Below the pieces are notes generated by a model. That model was given only the letters and a program-made list of their open reading frames with translations. It was not told where the DNA came from and ran no database searches. Of a DNA stretch of 64,000 nucleotides, positions 1 through 9,524 are shown one piece after another; the first letter of the stretch is position 1; each line of letters opens with the position of its first letter. The position numbers and the translations under genes are program-made. Where the stretch lies: the NCBI GenBank assembly GCA_036676985.1, contig JAKFBU010000038.1, positions 172,468 to 236,467 of the forward strand, given 5' to 3'. The stretch comes from Candidatus Sericytochromatia bacterium. GTDB lineage: Bacteria > Cyanobacteriota > Sericytochromatia > S15B-MN24 > UBA4093.

Positions 1-111
1 GTTTAGCGAGCCGAGCGAGGGCTCGGGTGCCGAAGCAAGCGGGGAAGGGGCCAGCGACTGGCAACCCGACAGGGCTGCCAGCGTGCAGACGAGGATCGCC
101 CGGCCCCGCAT
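1..111 (-). CDS. Lipoprotein, N-terminal part only (runs off window); probable next gene of the repeated cassette
   Basis: ATG at 111, 13 bp after the stop of 124..1014. Reads MRGRAILVCTLAALSGCQSLAP..., with a lipobox LSGC. Not in the ORF track. Confidence 0.65.
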   Translation of the reverse strand, partial: MRGRAILVCTLAALSGCQSLAPSPLASAPEPSLGSLN

Positions 112-123
112 TGCGCCCCGGTC

Positions 124-1014
124 CTAGTTCATCGTGACGGTGCCGATGGAGGCCGTGGCCTCGATGGACACGTTGCGGACGCGGCGTGACAAGAGATAGC
201 TGCCGCTCGACGTGTTGAAGGCGTCGACGACCAACTTGTAGTTCTGGGAGGAGGCGACGTAGGGCAGCGTGATGCTGGGCACCACCGTCGAGGGGCTCGC
301 GATGTTGCCGACGCTGATGCTCGCACCGGGAATGACTGCGTCGGCGAGGTCCGTCAGGTAAACGTTCACCTGGTTCACGCCCGGGTTGTTCGCGTTGTTG
401 ACGAGCGTGTTGACGATGGCCGAGTCGCCGGACATCAGGACGGGGGTGGCGTGGTTGATGTGGATGGTCGGACTTTCGATGATGAAGTCCCCCACGGCGT
501 TGATCTTGACGGTGACGGACTTGTTCTCGCCGGGGTTGATCGTGATGTTGTTGGTGGCGCCCTCGCCCACCTTGTTGGCGAGCACCGTGTAGCCCGTGTC
601 CGCCGCGTTGGCGGGCGTGCCGATGTTCCGGTACAGGCCGACCGACAGGGCGTAGTTGCCGCCCGGATCGGCCGGGATGGCGGGGAACACGGTCGTATAG
701 GTCGAGGTGCCGCCGCCGAGGCTGTTGACGGCGGTCGCGAGGCTCGCCTTGAGCTTGACGCTGTTGCTCAGCCTGAAGTACACGGCGTTGAAGCTGTCCG
801 CGTCCGCGAAATTCTGGACCCGGCGCGGTCGCTGGTCGATGATGCGGATCGAAAGGGCGCCGGCGCCGCCGGCCTTGGCGAACATGTTGATCGGACCGGT
901 TGCCTTGGGGGCGTCCAGGACGCGCTGGGAGAGTTGGGGCGCTGTGCAGCCTACCAGCAGGATCAAGGTGATGGCGGATAGTCCGGGGGTCAAGGCGGCG
1001 ATCGATTGTCGCAT
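124..1014 (-). CDS. Beta-rich lipoprotein, cassette type A (copy 3)
   Basis: Lipobox LVGC. GALSIRIIDQRPRRVQNFAD...VYFRLS and VTVKINAVG match 9525..10385 and 4393..5376. RBS AGGAGG. Confidence 0.85.
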   Translation of the reverse strand: MRQSIAALTPGLSAITLILLVGCTAPQLSQRVLDAPKATGPINMFAKAGGAGALSIRIIDQRPRRVQNFADADSFNAVYFRLSNSVKLKASLATAVNSLGGGTSTYTTVFPAIPADPGGNYALSVGLYRNIGTPANAADTGYTVLANKVGEGATNNITINPGENKSVTVKINAVGDFIIESPTIHINHATPVLMSGDSAIVNTLVNNANNPGVNQVNVYLTDLADAVIPGASISVGNIASPSTVVPSITLPYVASSQNYKLVVDAFNTSSGSYLLSRRVRNVSIEATASIGTVTMN

Positions 1015-1114
1015 GGGGCCTCCTGTGAACGAAGCAGCGTCAACGGCTAGGAGGTAAATACCCCGCTTGGAAGCTTACGAACCGGTGTGCGCAGGATTTC
1101 TTTCAGATTGCACG

Positions 1115-2266
1115 TTACTCGAGCGTGATGCCGACCTTGGGCGGCGGGGCCGGGGTGGGCTCGGGGGGCAGCGTCGGCAGCGGCTCGGCGGGCGCCTGCT
1201 GGGTGATGGCCGAGGCCGCCTGCTTGATGGCCGCGAGGTCCAGCTGGTTGGCCATGGCCTCGAAGAGGTTCGCGGACGCCGTGGCGTCCTGGCTCGGGTC
1301 GAAGTCGGCGAGCTTCGCGACCATCTGGCTGATGACGGCCGTCTGGAGACCGAGGGCCGTGCCGGCGTCCACCTGGCCGAGCGAGGTGCCCGCGGCCTTC
1401 TGGGCCACGGTCTTGACCTGATTGGTCAGGACCGCCGAGGCCGTCGCCGTCTCGCCCATGAGGCGCTCCAGGCTGGGGGGCTCGGAGAGGGCCGAGCTCT
1501 GGTCGAGCAGGAGCGAGGCCTTCTTGACCTGGCTCGGGGGCAGCTCCTGGGCGATGGTGGCGAGACGCTGGCTCTTGAGGCCTGCAAACCCCGTGCGCAC
1601 GTCGAACGTCTGGTAGGCCTCGGTCATGAGCGTCGAGGCGAACGCCACCAGCGTGCTGCCGGGCGTCACGTCGAGGCCCTGCTTCTTGTCCTTGACCGAG
1701 GCCATGGCTGCACCCAAGGGGGCTGCGAGGAAGCCCGCGGTCTCTCCGCTCGCGTTCTTGAGGATGGTCTGCAGCACGAAGCCCTGCCGGGACCCGCGCA
1801 TCGTGAGCCGGAGGGTGTAGCGGCCCGCGGCATCGGTCTTGACCGTCTCCTTGACCTCACCCGTCAAGGGGTCGATGAGCTGGATCTCGGCGTACCGGAT
1901 GGTGCCGTCCGGGTTCCAGTCGGTCTGACCCGCCGTGCCGCCGATGGCAAGCGTGCGATAGCCCGCCGCCTGCTGCAGGGGGGCGACGGTCGTGAGCGGC
2001 GCCACCGTGGTCAGGGGCGCGACGGTCGTGAGCGGGGCGACGGTCGTCAGCGGCGCCACGGTCGTCAAGGGGGCGACGGTGGTCAGGGTGGCGGGCACCT
2101 TGACCGCGCCCTCGACGCTCATGGCCCGATACGCCGGCTCGCCGAGCCCGGCGCCCGAGCCCGAGGCGCCCAGGCTCACGCCCAGCCCGTATAGGCTACA
2201 GCCGGCGAGGGGGGCCATCGTGGCCAGGATGAGCGCGGTGCGCAGGGCCCGCCGGGTGTTTCTCAA
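1115..2266 (-). CDS. Lipoprotein, cassette type E (copy 2), with TTVAPL repeats and Pro-rich C-terminal linker
   Basis: Lipobox LAGC. Clear paralogue of 5479..6567 (GFLAAPLG, TPG[ST]T.VAF, FD.RTGF.G.KSQRLA, ASLLLDQS/ASLLDQS). Confidence 0.85.
   Translation of the reverse strand: MRNTRRALRTALILATMAPLAGCSLYGLGVSLGASGSGAGLGEPAYRAMSVEGAVKVPATLTTVAPLTTVAPLTTVAPLTTVAPLTTVAPLTTVAPLQQAAGYRTLAIGGTAGQTDWNPDGTIRYAEIQLIDPLTGEVKETVKTDAAGRYTLRLTMRGSRQGFVLQTILKNASGETAGFLAAPLGAAMASVKDKKQGLDVTPGSTLVAFASTLMTEAYQTFDVRTGFAGLKSQRLATIAQELPPSQVKKASLLLDQSSALSEPPSLERLMGETATASAVLTNQVKTVAQKAAGTSLGQVDAGTALGLQTAVISQMVAKLADFDPSQDATASANLFEAMANQLDLAAIKQAASAITQQAPAEPLPTLPPEPTPAPPPKVGITLE
1976..2083 (-). repeat. Six tandem 18-bp coding repeats encoding (TTVAPL)6
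   Basis: Units such as caggggcgcgacggtcgt and gagcggggcgacggtcgt differ only at synonymous positions. Confidence 0.95.
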
Positions 2267-2267
2267 G

Positions 2268-2996
2268 CTAGAACCCGACCATGGAGACCGAGGCGATGGC
2301 CCCCGACGTCTCGCGGTTGAAGCCGCCGCCCACGGCCCGTTCGTAAAAGTAGCCGATGGAGGCCCGGTCGTTCCAGAGCGTGAAGCGAGGCGCCACCCGG
2401 AAGGTCACGAGCCACGGCAGGGAGAGCCGCTGGTCCCCGAAGTTGCTGAAGGCGTAGGGAGAGGCCTCGGCGTCGATGGCCAGGCCGAACGGGCCCGCGA
2501 TTGGCATCCGGTAGCCGCAGAGGAGGGTGAAGCCGTGGTGTGCCTGCCAGGGAGCGAACAAGAAGGCCGGATCGTTGCCGGGTGCCTTCGCTGAGCTGTC
2601 GATGGTCAGGGCCTGCACGCCGTAACCGAGGCCGTAGCTCAGCTGACCGGCGAGAAAGCCCATGCGCTGGAGGTTGGCCACCAGCACGCCGGTCTCGCTG
2701 CGCTGGTGGATGGTGCCCGGGAAGTCCTGGTCGGCGAGCTGGTAGCTGCCGCGCGTCACGCGCAGGAAGAACTGGTTCTCGTCGTCGTAGCGCCAGCGCC
2801 AGTCGAGCACGTAGCGTTCGACGCCGGTCGCGCGGGAGTCGAGGCTCTCGGGGGCGTAGGTCTCGGCGAAGCCCCCCCGCGTCAGGCCGAACAGCAAATC
2901 GCTCGGCGCCTTGAGGGCCGGGGCCGCATGGGCCGACGGCGCCAGGGCCGAGACGGCCAGGGCGATGAGCGGCAAGCTTGAGGCGAAGCGACGCAC
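2268..2996 (-). CDS. Putative outer-membrane beta-barrel protein, cassette type C (copy 2)
   Basis: GTG start after AGGAG. Signal peptide ...APSAHA. Alternating aromatic strands and C-terminal Phe (SVSMVGF). Paralogue of the C-terminal part of 6938..8077 (GYFYER.VG..FNRE.SG). Confidence 0.75.
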   Translation of the reverse strand: MRRFASSLPLIALAVSALAPSAHAAPALKAPSDLLFGLTRGGFAETYAPESLDSRATGVERYVLDWRWRYDDENQFFLRVTRGSYQLADQDFPGTIHQRSETGVLVANLQRMGFLAGQLSYGLGYGVQALTIDSSAKAPGNDPAFLFAPWQAHHGFTLLCGYRMPIAGPFGLAIDAEASPYAFSNFGDQRLSLPWLVTFRVAPRFTLWNDRASIGYFYERAVGGGFNRETSGAIASVSMVGF

Positions 2997-3006
2997 GGTA
3001 AGGCTC

Positions 3007-4389
3007 CTAAAAGGTCGGTTGCGGGCGGTAGACCCGGATGCAGTGGTTCCGGGTGTCCGAGAGGTAGAGGCGATCGCCGCGGACGGCGATGCCGCCGGGG
3101 TAATTGAAGCGGGCGTTCGCAGGGCTGCCGTCGACGTAGCCCGCGGTGGTGCTGAACTTGGTGCCGACCATCCCTGCGGCCGTGATGGTGCGGAGCGTGT
3201 TGTTGCCGCTGTCGCCCACCAGGAGGTCGCCCAGGGCGTCGAACGCCATGCCGCCGAAGTAGTTGAACTGGGCCGCGGTGCCCAGACCGTCCTGGTAGCC
3301 GAACGACGACCCCGCGAAGGTCGTGACGGTCGAGCCGACCGTGATCTTGCGGATCCGGCGGCTGAAGATGTCCGCGACGAACAGCTCGCCGAGACCGTTG
3401 ATGGCGAGTTTCCGGGGGCCGTTGAACAGCGCGGAACTCGTGGTGCCATCCTGGTTCCCGCCCGTTTCCTGTCCGGCGAAGACCGTGACCGCTCCGGCTC
3501 GGGTCATGCGGCGGATGCGGTTGTTGGTCATGTCGGCGATGTAGAGGTCGCCGTTGGCAGCCAAGGCCAGCCCGGACGGGTTGTTGAAGAGGGCGCCGGG
3601 ACCCGTGCCGTCGCTGAAACCCGCGACGCTCGGAGAGCCCGCGGGCGTCGTGACGTTGCCGGTGGCCAGGTCGATGCGCCGGATGGCGTGGTTCGAGGCG
3701 TCGGCGACGTACAGGCTGTTGATTGCCGCGTCGTAGACGAGGTCCTGCGGATAGGTGAAGCGCGCGGCCGCCCCCACGCCGTCCGAGAAGCCGAAGGCGC
3801 CGTTGCCCGCCAGCGTCGTGACGGTGCCGTCCGGCGTCACCTTGCGGATGGAGTGGTTGCCGTAGTCCGCGACGTACAGGTTGCCGATGTCGTCGAAGGC
3901 GAGCCCGTTGGGCTCGTTGAAGCGCGCCGCCGCGCCGAGGCCGTTGGCGAAGCCGCTGGTGCCGTTGCCGGCGAGCGTCATGACCAGGTCGTCGCCGGGC
4001 GTGAGGCTGATGCCCAGGGCGTTCGGTCCGGGCATGAGCGTGGCGGTCGCCGTGCCGCTCGCCACCGGAAGGCCGCGGGCGCGGACCTGCACCGAGATGG
4101 TGGCGGGGCCGGGCGGCACCAGGAACTCGACCTGCAGGCTGGAGGTCGCCGTCGCGACGCTCCGGGTCTGGGGCGCGCGCAGCTTGGCGGACTCCACCGT
4201 GACGTCCGCCTGGTCCCAGAAGTCCGGCAGGAGCTGGACCCGGCGCGGCGCCTCCACGCCCACCCGGAGGGTGGCCTGGTAGAGGTCCACGCCCCGGGCG
4301 GCCCGGTGCTCAGGGTCGAGGGCTGCGGGCTGCGCAGCGGCGCAGCCCGCCAGGAGCAGCGCGACGAAGGCGAGGGCTGGGCGCCGCAT
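3007..4389 (-). CDS. NHL-repeat (beta-propeller) lipoprotein, cassette type B (copy 2)
   Basis: Lipobox LAGC. Repeated ARFNxPxGLAFDxxGNLYVADxxNHxIRK and TLAGNG..GF.DG motifs. Confidence 0.9.
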   Translation of the reverse strand: MRRPALAFVALLLAGCAAAQPAALDPEHRAARGVDLYQATLRVGVEAPRRVQLLPDFWDQADVTVESAKLRAPQTRSVATATSSLQVEFLVPPGPATISVQVRARGLPVASGTATATLMPGPNALGISLTPGDDLVMTLAGNGTSGFANGLGAAARFNEPNGLAFDDIGNLYVADYGNHSIRKVTPDGTVTTLAGNGAFGFSDGVGAAARFTYPQDLVYDAAINSLYVADASNHAIRRIDLATGNVTTPAGSPSVAGFSDGTGPGALFNNPSGLALAANGDLYIADMTNNRIRRMTRAGAVTVFAGQETGGNQDGTTSSALFNGPRKLAINGLGELFVADIFSRRIRKITVGSTVTTFAGSSFGYQDGLGTAAQFNYFGGMAFDALGDLLVGDSGNNTLRTITAAGMVGTKFSTTAGYVDGSPANARFNYPGGIAVRGDRLYLSDTRNHCIRVYRPQPTF

Positions 4390-4392
4390 CGG

Positions 4393-5376
4393 CTAGGGGT
4401 GCTCCGACCCCACGGAGAGAATCGCGGGACCCGTCCGGACGCGCGCGGGTCTTGCCGCCGGGGCCACGTAGGCCGCGGCCGAGGGGGACGGCAGCGGGTT
4501 CAGGTCCACGCCCAGACCCGCGCCGCGCAGCACCAGGATGTTGCGGGTCTTGGTGGCGATGACCTCGTCGCTGGCGTTGAGCCCCACGACCGTCACGCGC
4601 TGGATGGCCTCGTTGGTGCCCGCGGGCAAGGCCGGCAAAGTCAGGATCTGCTGGGGGCTCGTGGCGGACACCGAGCTCGTGGCGAGCAGGAGGGTACCGC
4701 TGAGCGAGCGGAGCTCGGTGTAGTACTTGTCGAAGCGCTGGGAGGCGGGCACGTCGGCGGGGGTGTTCGGGAAGTTGGGCGAAACCTCCACCGCGGAGTC
4801 CGCGAGCAGCTCGGGGTAGCCGAGCGAGGCGCTTGCCAGGAGCGAGGTGCCGATGCCCGTGATGTAGTCCGCGTTGTAGAAGGAGATGGTGCCGACCGTG
4901 TTCACGTAGATCGAGACGGTGGCGACGCTGCCGGGCAGCACGCTGATGCTCTCCGAGGCGCCCTGGCCGAGCACGATCGACTGGCTCGCGATGGTGACCA
5001 TGAGCTGGTAGTCGCTCGCCGGAGGCAGCTGGCCGAGTGCGTCGGTGGCATAGGTGCTTTGACGTGCGGCCGTGAAGCCGGGATTGCCGAAGGCGATGCT
5101 CGCCGAGCGGGCGGCACGAAGCTTGCTCGAGCTGAGGCGCAGGCGCACCTCGTCCCAATCGTCGGCGAGGCCCAGGGCCTGCGTGCTGCGTCCTTCGCGC
5201 CGGTCGATGACCTGCAGGGCGATCTGGCCCAGGCCGTCCGGCCGCTCGAACAGGGTCACCTTGCCGGTCCGCTCGGCCGGTACGGAAGCGACCTCGGGCG
5301 GCTGGACGCAGCCCGCCATGATCACGAGCGAGGCGGCGATCGCCGAAAGCCCCATCCAGGCACGCGTCACACGCAT
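4393..5376 (-). CDS. Beta-rich lipoprotein, cassette type A (copy 2)
   Basis: Start moved to MRVTRAW (GAGG RBS). Lipobox MAGC. GQIALQVIDRREGRSTQ...VRLRLSS and VSIYVNTVGTI match the other type A copies. Confidence 0.85.
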   Translation of the reverse strand: MRVTRAWMGLSAIAASLVIMAGCVQPPEVASVPAERTGKVTLFERPDGLGQIALQVIDRREGRSTQALGLADDWDEVRLRLSSSKLRAARSASIAFGNPGFTAARQSTYATDALGQLPPASDYQLMVTIASQSIVLGQGASESISVLPGSVATVSIYVNTVGTISFYNADYITGIGTSLLASASLGYPELLADSAVEVSPNFPNTPADVPASQRFDKYYTELRSLSGTLLLATSSVSATSPQQILTLPALPAGTNEAIQRVTVVGLNASDEVIATKTRNILVLRGAGLGVDLNPLPSPSAAAYVAPAARPARVRTGPAILSVGSEHP

Positions 5377-5478
5377 GACATCAACCTCTTCACGACAACA
5401 GGGATCCATGACCTCCATACCCACGCTTGGCGGGTTCCATGCCCGCCGCTGGGTGAAGAATCTTGTCGTTGCGCGGAA

Positions 5479-6567
5479 TTAGTTGAAGGTCACGTCCAAC
5501 CCGTCGGCGGGCGTCGGCGACGGCAGGGGCGGCAGCACGGGCAGGGAGCCCCCGATGGAGTCGCCCTCGCTCTTGGCGAGCGGCAGGTCCACCTGCTGGG
5601 CGATGGCCTCGAAGAAGCTCTGGGTCGAGCCGACCACGGGCGGCGAGGTCAGCGTCGAGAGGCGCTCGATCATCTGGCCCAGGAGGGCCGCGTTCAGCCC
5701 CGGGGCCTCCGCTGCGAGGCTGTCGGTGGCGAGCGCCTCCATGGCGAGCTTCCTGACCTGGAAGGTCATGACCGCCGAGGCGGTGGCGGTGTCGCTCGTC
5801 AGCCCGTCGAAGGTCGTGGCCTGGTTCAACGTCCGGCTCTGGTCCAGGAGGGAGGCGGCCGACTGCAGCTTGGCGGGCGGGATGGTGCTCACCATGGCGG
5901 CCAGTCGCTGGCTCTTGATGCCGACGAAGCCCGTGCGCAGGTCGAAGGTGGGATAGGCCTCCGTCAGGAGCACGCTCGAGAAGGCGACCATGGTCGTGCC
6001 GGGCGTAAGGTCCACCCGGGCACGCTTGCCGCCGACCGTCGAGACGTCGACGCCCAATGGAGCGGCCAGGAAGCCCACCACCTGGTTCAGCTGGTTGCGC
6101 AGGACGGTCTGGGCGATGTAGGGGCGCTCGGTGCCCTTGAAGACGAGGCGGGCGGAGTACTGACCCGTCGGATCGGTGGAGGCCGTGGCCGCCACCTCGC
6201 CCGTCGTCACGTCCACGAACTGGATTTGGGCCTCGCGCACGGTCCCCGGTCCGAAGCCCAGGGCCTGCGTCTGCCGCAGGCTGGTGGTGCCGTAGACGTG
6301 CACGCCGGCCATGGGCGCCACGGCCATGAGGGGCGAGAGCGAGGTCAGCGCCGGCAGCTCATGCAGGGCTCGGCCCGTGGTCAAGGTCTGGGGCAGCCGG
6401 ATCTGGCCCTCGACGTTGAAGATGCGGTCGGTGGCCACGTCGCTGACCGACTGGCCATTACCGGTCAGGCCGCCGAGCGCACTGGTGAAGCCGTAGACGC
6501 TGCACCCCGCGAGGGGGACGACGGTCGCGAGGAACAGGGAGAGGCGGAGCGTCGTGCGTCGGGTCAT
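5479..6567 (-). CDS. Lipoprotein, cassette type E (copy 1)
   Basis: Start MTRRTTLRL overlaps the upstream stop (ATGA). Lipobox LAGC. Paralogue of 1115..2266. Confidence 0.85.
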   Translation of the reverse strand: MTRRTTLRLSLFLATVVPLAGCSVYGFTSALGGLTGNGQSVSDVATDRIFNVEGQIRLPQTLTTGRALHELPALTSLSPLMAVAPMAGVHVYGTTSLRQTQALGFGPGTVREAQIQFVDVTTGEVAATASTDPTGQYSARLVFKGTERPYIAQTVLRNQLNQVVGFLAAPLGVDVSTVGGKRARVDLTPGTTMVAFSSVLLTEAYPTFDLRTGFVGIKSQRLAAMVSTIPPAKLQSAASLLDQSRTLNQATTFDGLTSDTATASAVMTFQVRKLAMEALATDSLAAEAPGLNAALLGQMIERLSTLTSPPVVGSTQSFFEAIAQQVDLPLAKSEGDSIGGSLPVLPPLPSPTPADGLDVTFN

Positions 6568-6929
6568 GGCGTCGCCTCGGGTTGCTGGGGCACGACCCGC
6601 TGGTAGGCGTCCCAGGGACTCCAGAGGCCGATGCCGACCAATCCGATGCCGCCGACCAGGCGCAGGGTGCCGTCCGGCTGGCTCGCTCCGAAGTGGGTGG
6701 CCGCGAGGCACGCAGCACCGAAGCCGAGGTGCGCGAGGCCCTTGAGCCACTCGCCCTGGATCACCTGTCCTGAGCCCGGAACGAGGAGCGAGGTCACCAC
6801 CGGGATGTACTGGGGCCACTCGACGGTCTGCTGCTGGGGCACCGAGGGGGTGGGGGCCAGTTCGTACGACGGGGCCACCGGTCCGGTCGCGAGCGCGAGC
6901 GTGGTGGCAGCGGCTAACGTGAGCACCAT
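6564..6929 (-). CDS. Small membrane protein, cassette type D
   Basis: GGAGG RBS. MVLTLAAATT..., SLLVPGSGQ motif followed by hydrophobic segments, as in TM2/DUF5683-like proteins. Confidence 0.7.
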   Translation of the reverse strand: MVLTLAAATTLALATGPVAPSYELAPTPSVPQQQTVEWPQYIPVVTSLLVPGSGQVIQGEWLKGLAHLGFGAACLAATHFGASQPDGTLRLVGGIGLVGIGLWSPWDAYQRVVPQQPEATP

Positions 6930-6937
6930 GGTCCCTC

Positions 6938-8077
6938 CTAGAAGCCCGAGAAACTCATCCCGAGCGTGACTCCGCTGGACTCGCGGTTGAAGGAAGATCC
7001 CACCGTCCGCTCGTAGAAGTAGCCCAGCGACAGGCGCTCGTCGGAAAAGAGATACAGCCTCGGCTCGACCCGCAGCGCGGTGAGCCAGGGCATGGTCACG
7101 CCCCCGTCCACATGGGCGAAGACGTACGGCGACCACCCCAGCTCGAGGCCGAGGCCCAGGGGGCCCATGACCAGGCCCGAGAACGTCTGGCGCAGGCTCG
7201 GCCCGTGCATGGCCTGGTAGCCCGCGAAGAAGAAGGTGGGGCTCTGGGCCGTGGCGCTGTTCTGGACCTGCGTCAGGGAGGTCGCATAGCCGAAGCCGGA
7301 GCTCGCCTCGACGGGCCCCAGGTCGTAGCGGCGAGCGACCGACAGCTCGAGAGTCGTCTCGACGCGCTGGTGGTCGACGCCCGCGTAGTCCGGGTCCTCG
7401 TAAACGTAGCCGCCGCGCCCGAGGCGCAGGGGCAGACTGTACTCGCCGTAGGTGGGTTCCCAGGTGGCCTTGAAGCGGCCCACGCCTTGCGCACCGCCCG
7501 AGAGGCCTTCCGGCGAGAACTGCTCGGTGGTGGGGCCGGTGCTGAAACCGAGGCGCACGCCGGGCAGGTCCCAGTCGCGCTTCATGTCGCCCACCGAGTA
7601 GGAGGGCAGGTTGCTGCCGTCCCGGGGCACGACGCTGATGCGCTGGGTGACGTTCTTGGGGCGCGCCACGACGTACTTGGGGTCCTTGGGCAGGATCAAG
7701 AAGCGCATGCCATGCCCGTGATACGAGAGGTCCGGCTCGGCCGTGAGGGGCACGTTGCCCTCGATGACCAGGTGGATGCCCCGGATCTGGGGGTCGTAGG
7801 CCGCCACCAGGGCGCGGATGAGGGGCGATCGCTCGATCTTGTCGTACCACTCGGCAAACGGGAAGTCCACGCGCGGCACGTCGATGACGAGGCTCTGGCC
7901 CCGCGACGAGATGGTCGTGATGGACGGCCGGGGGCCGTCGAAGGGCAGGTAGAGGGCGTTTTCGGCGGGCTCGAAGCGCAGCTCGTTGATCTGCAGCTCA
8001 GGGGCCGCTTCCGGCGCCGCCACAGCCGGGCCGCCGACGGCCAGTAGACAGAGGGTCAGGGCGATCAGGCGCTTCAT
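6938..8077 (-). CDS. Secreted protein with AMIN-like N-terminal domain and C-terminal outer-membrane beta-barrel, cassette type C (copy 1)
   Basis: Signal peptide ...PAVA. LVIDVP...SPLIRAL...IHLVIE is AMIN-like. Terminal strand GVTLGMSFSGF. Confidence 0.75.
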   Translation of the reverse strand: MKRLIALTLCLLAVGGPAVAAPEAAPELQINELRFEPAENALYLPFDGPRPSITTISSRGQSLVIDVPRVDFPFAEWYDKIERSPLIRALVAAYDPQIRGIHLVIEGNVPLTAEPDLSYHGHGMRFLILPKDPKYVVARPKNVTQRISVVPRDGSNLPSYSVGDMKRDWDLPGVRLGFSTGPTTEQFSPEGLSGGAQGVGRFKATWEPTYGEYSLPLRLGRGGYVYEDPDYAGVDHQRVETTLELSVARRYDLGPVEASSGFGYATSLTQVQNSATAQSPTFFFAGYQAMHGPSLRQTFSGLVMGPLGLGLELGWSPYVFAHVDGGVTMPWLTALRVEPRLYLFSDERLSLGYFYERTVGSSFNRESSGVTLGMSFSGF

Positions 8078-9516
8078 TGGGCGCTCCGGATCCGGTGGCC
8101 GTTGGTACCCGACTCGGAGACGAAGAGCGAGCCGCCTGCGCCCGAGAGCCCCAGGCCCGCGGGCGCGAACAACGAGGCCTGCTGGGCGCCCTGGCCGTCA
8201 CCCGCATAGGCGGACGTGCCGTTGCCGAAGACCGTGGCGATCATGCCGTTGCCGAGCGTGATGGCACGGACGACGTAGGCTCCCGTGTCCAGGACGAAGA
8301 GACGCCCGCCATCGGTGCTGTCGAAAGCAAGGGCGGCCGGGGCCTTGAAGCTTGCGCTCGCAGCGAGGGTCCCGTCGCCCGCCGAGGCGTCCGTTCCAGT
8401 GCCTGCGAGGGTCGAGGTCGTACCGCTGCCGAGCGTCACCCGGCGGATCTTGCGGTTGCCGGTATCGGCCACGTAGAGGTAGGTCCCCGTGTCGTCGATG
8501 GCGAGGCCCTGGGGGGAGTTGAGCTGGACGCTCGTGCCCATGGCCGTACCGCTGGTGTCGCCCGCGGTCCCCGTCCCCACGATCACGTTCGGAGTGCCCG
8601 CCATGATCGAGGGCGCATCGATCGAGACGACCGTATGGTTGGAAAGCGCAACGTACAGCGCGTCACGGCTCGGATCGTAGGCGAGCGCCTGGGGCTGGGC
8701 GGCCAGGAGCAGCGTCGTGCCCGAGACCGTCGGCGCGGTGCCGAGGCTCGTGACGAAGCGGATCCGCTGGTTGCTCGTGTCCGCGATGAACAGCACGTCC
8801 CGGTCGGCGTCGTAGGCCAGGGCCGATGGGTTGTCCAGGGTAGCCGAGGTGCCGTCGCCCACCAAGGTGGTGACGGTGGTCTGGGCGGCGTCGATCTTGC
8901 GCACCCGGTCGTTGCCCGCGTCGCAGATGTACATGGACCCGTCGCCGCCGAAGGCGATGCCCTTGGGGCCGTTGAAGCCGGCCGCGGCCGGGACGCCCGC
9001 GTCACCGGCGAAGGTGGCCGTTCCCGCCGCGTTGGCGAGCGTTCCCGCCGTCCACTCGGGCAGGGTCCGCAGGGTGATGGTCGCGCCCGTGCTCGAGCCG
9101 GCCGCCAGGTCGACGGAGGCGTAGCCGACGGCGTTGCGCACCGAGTTGTTGTAGGTGCTGGCAAAGAGGGAATAGCTGCCCGCCCGTGCCGAGGAGAAGA
9201 GGGTGGTCGTCGTCGAGGCCGAGCCGCCGCCGATGTCGTTGAAGGAGGCCTTGGCGATGGTCTCGGTGCGATCGCCCGTCAGCAACGTCGGGTTCGACAG
9301 CGTGAACCGGGCGGCGGTCCAGGTGTTGGGAACCGTCTGCACCGTTCGGCCGTGCGAGACCAGCCGAACCCGCAGGCCGCCCGACGCGAGCGGCCCGTCG
9401 AGGTCGAAGGGCCCTGTCGTCGGAGCAGTCGGCGACGCTGCGACGCAGCCGGCCAGGATCAGGCCGATGCTACCTGCGGCGAGTGCCGAGTTCCAGGGAT
9501 AGGGGTGCCGGGTCAT
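8074..9516 (-). CDS. NHL-repeat lipoprotein, cassette type B (copy 1)
   Basis: Lipobox LAGC. Multiple NHL repeats (FNGPKGIAF...YICDAGNDRVRKI, LNSPQGLAID...YVADTGNRKIRRV). Confidence 0.9.
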   Translation of the reverse strand: MTRHPYPWNSALAAGSIGLILAGCVAASPTAPTTGPFDLDGPLASGGLRVRLVSHGRTVQTVPNTWTAARFTLSNPTLLTGDRTETIAKASFNDIGGGSASTTTTLFSSARAGSYSLFASTYNNSVRNAVGYASVDLAAGSSTGATITLRTLPEWTAGTLANAAGTATFAGDAGVPAAAGFNGPKGIAFGGDGSMYICDAGNDRVRKIDAAQTTVTTLVGDGTSATLDNPSALAYDADRDVLFIADTSNQRIRFVTSLGTAPTVSGTTLLLAAQPQALAYDPSRDALYVALSNHTVVSIDAPSIMAGTPNVIVGTGTAGDTSGTAMGTSVQLNSPQGLAIDDTGTYLYVADTGNRKIRRVTLGSGTTSTLAGTGTDASAGDGTLAASASFKAPAALAFDSTDGGRLFVLDTGAYVVRAITLGNGMIATVFGNGTSAYAGDGQGAQQASLFAPAGLGLSGAGGSLFVSESGTNGHRIRSAQ

Positions 9517-9524
9517 CGTGGTTC

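Noticed and set aside
1976-2083. Tandem repeats as a CRISPR array (also 34215..34350 and 40060..40360)
   Set aside because: There are no unique spacers, the units are codon multiples inside CDSs, and no cas genes are present.
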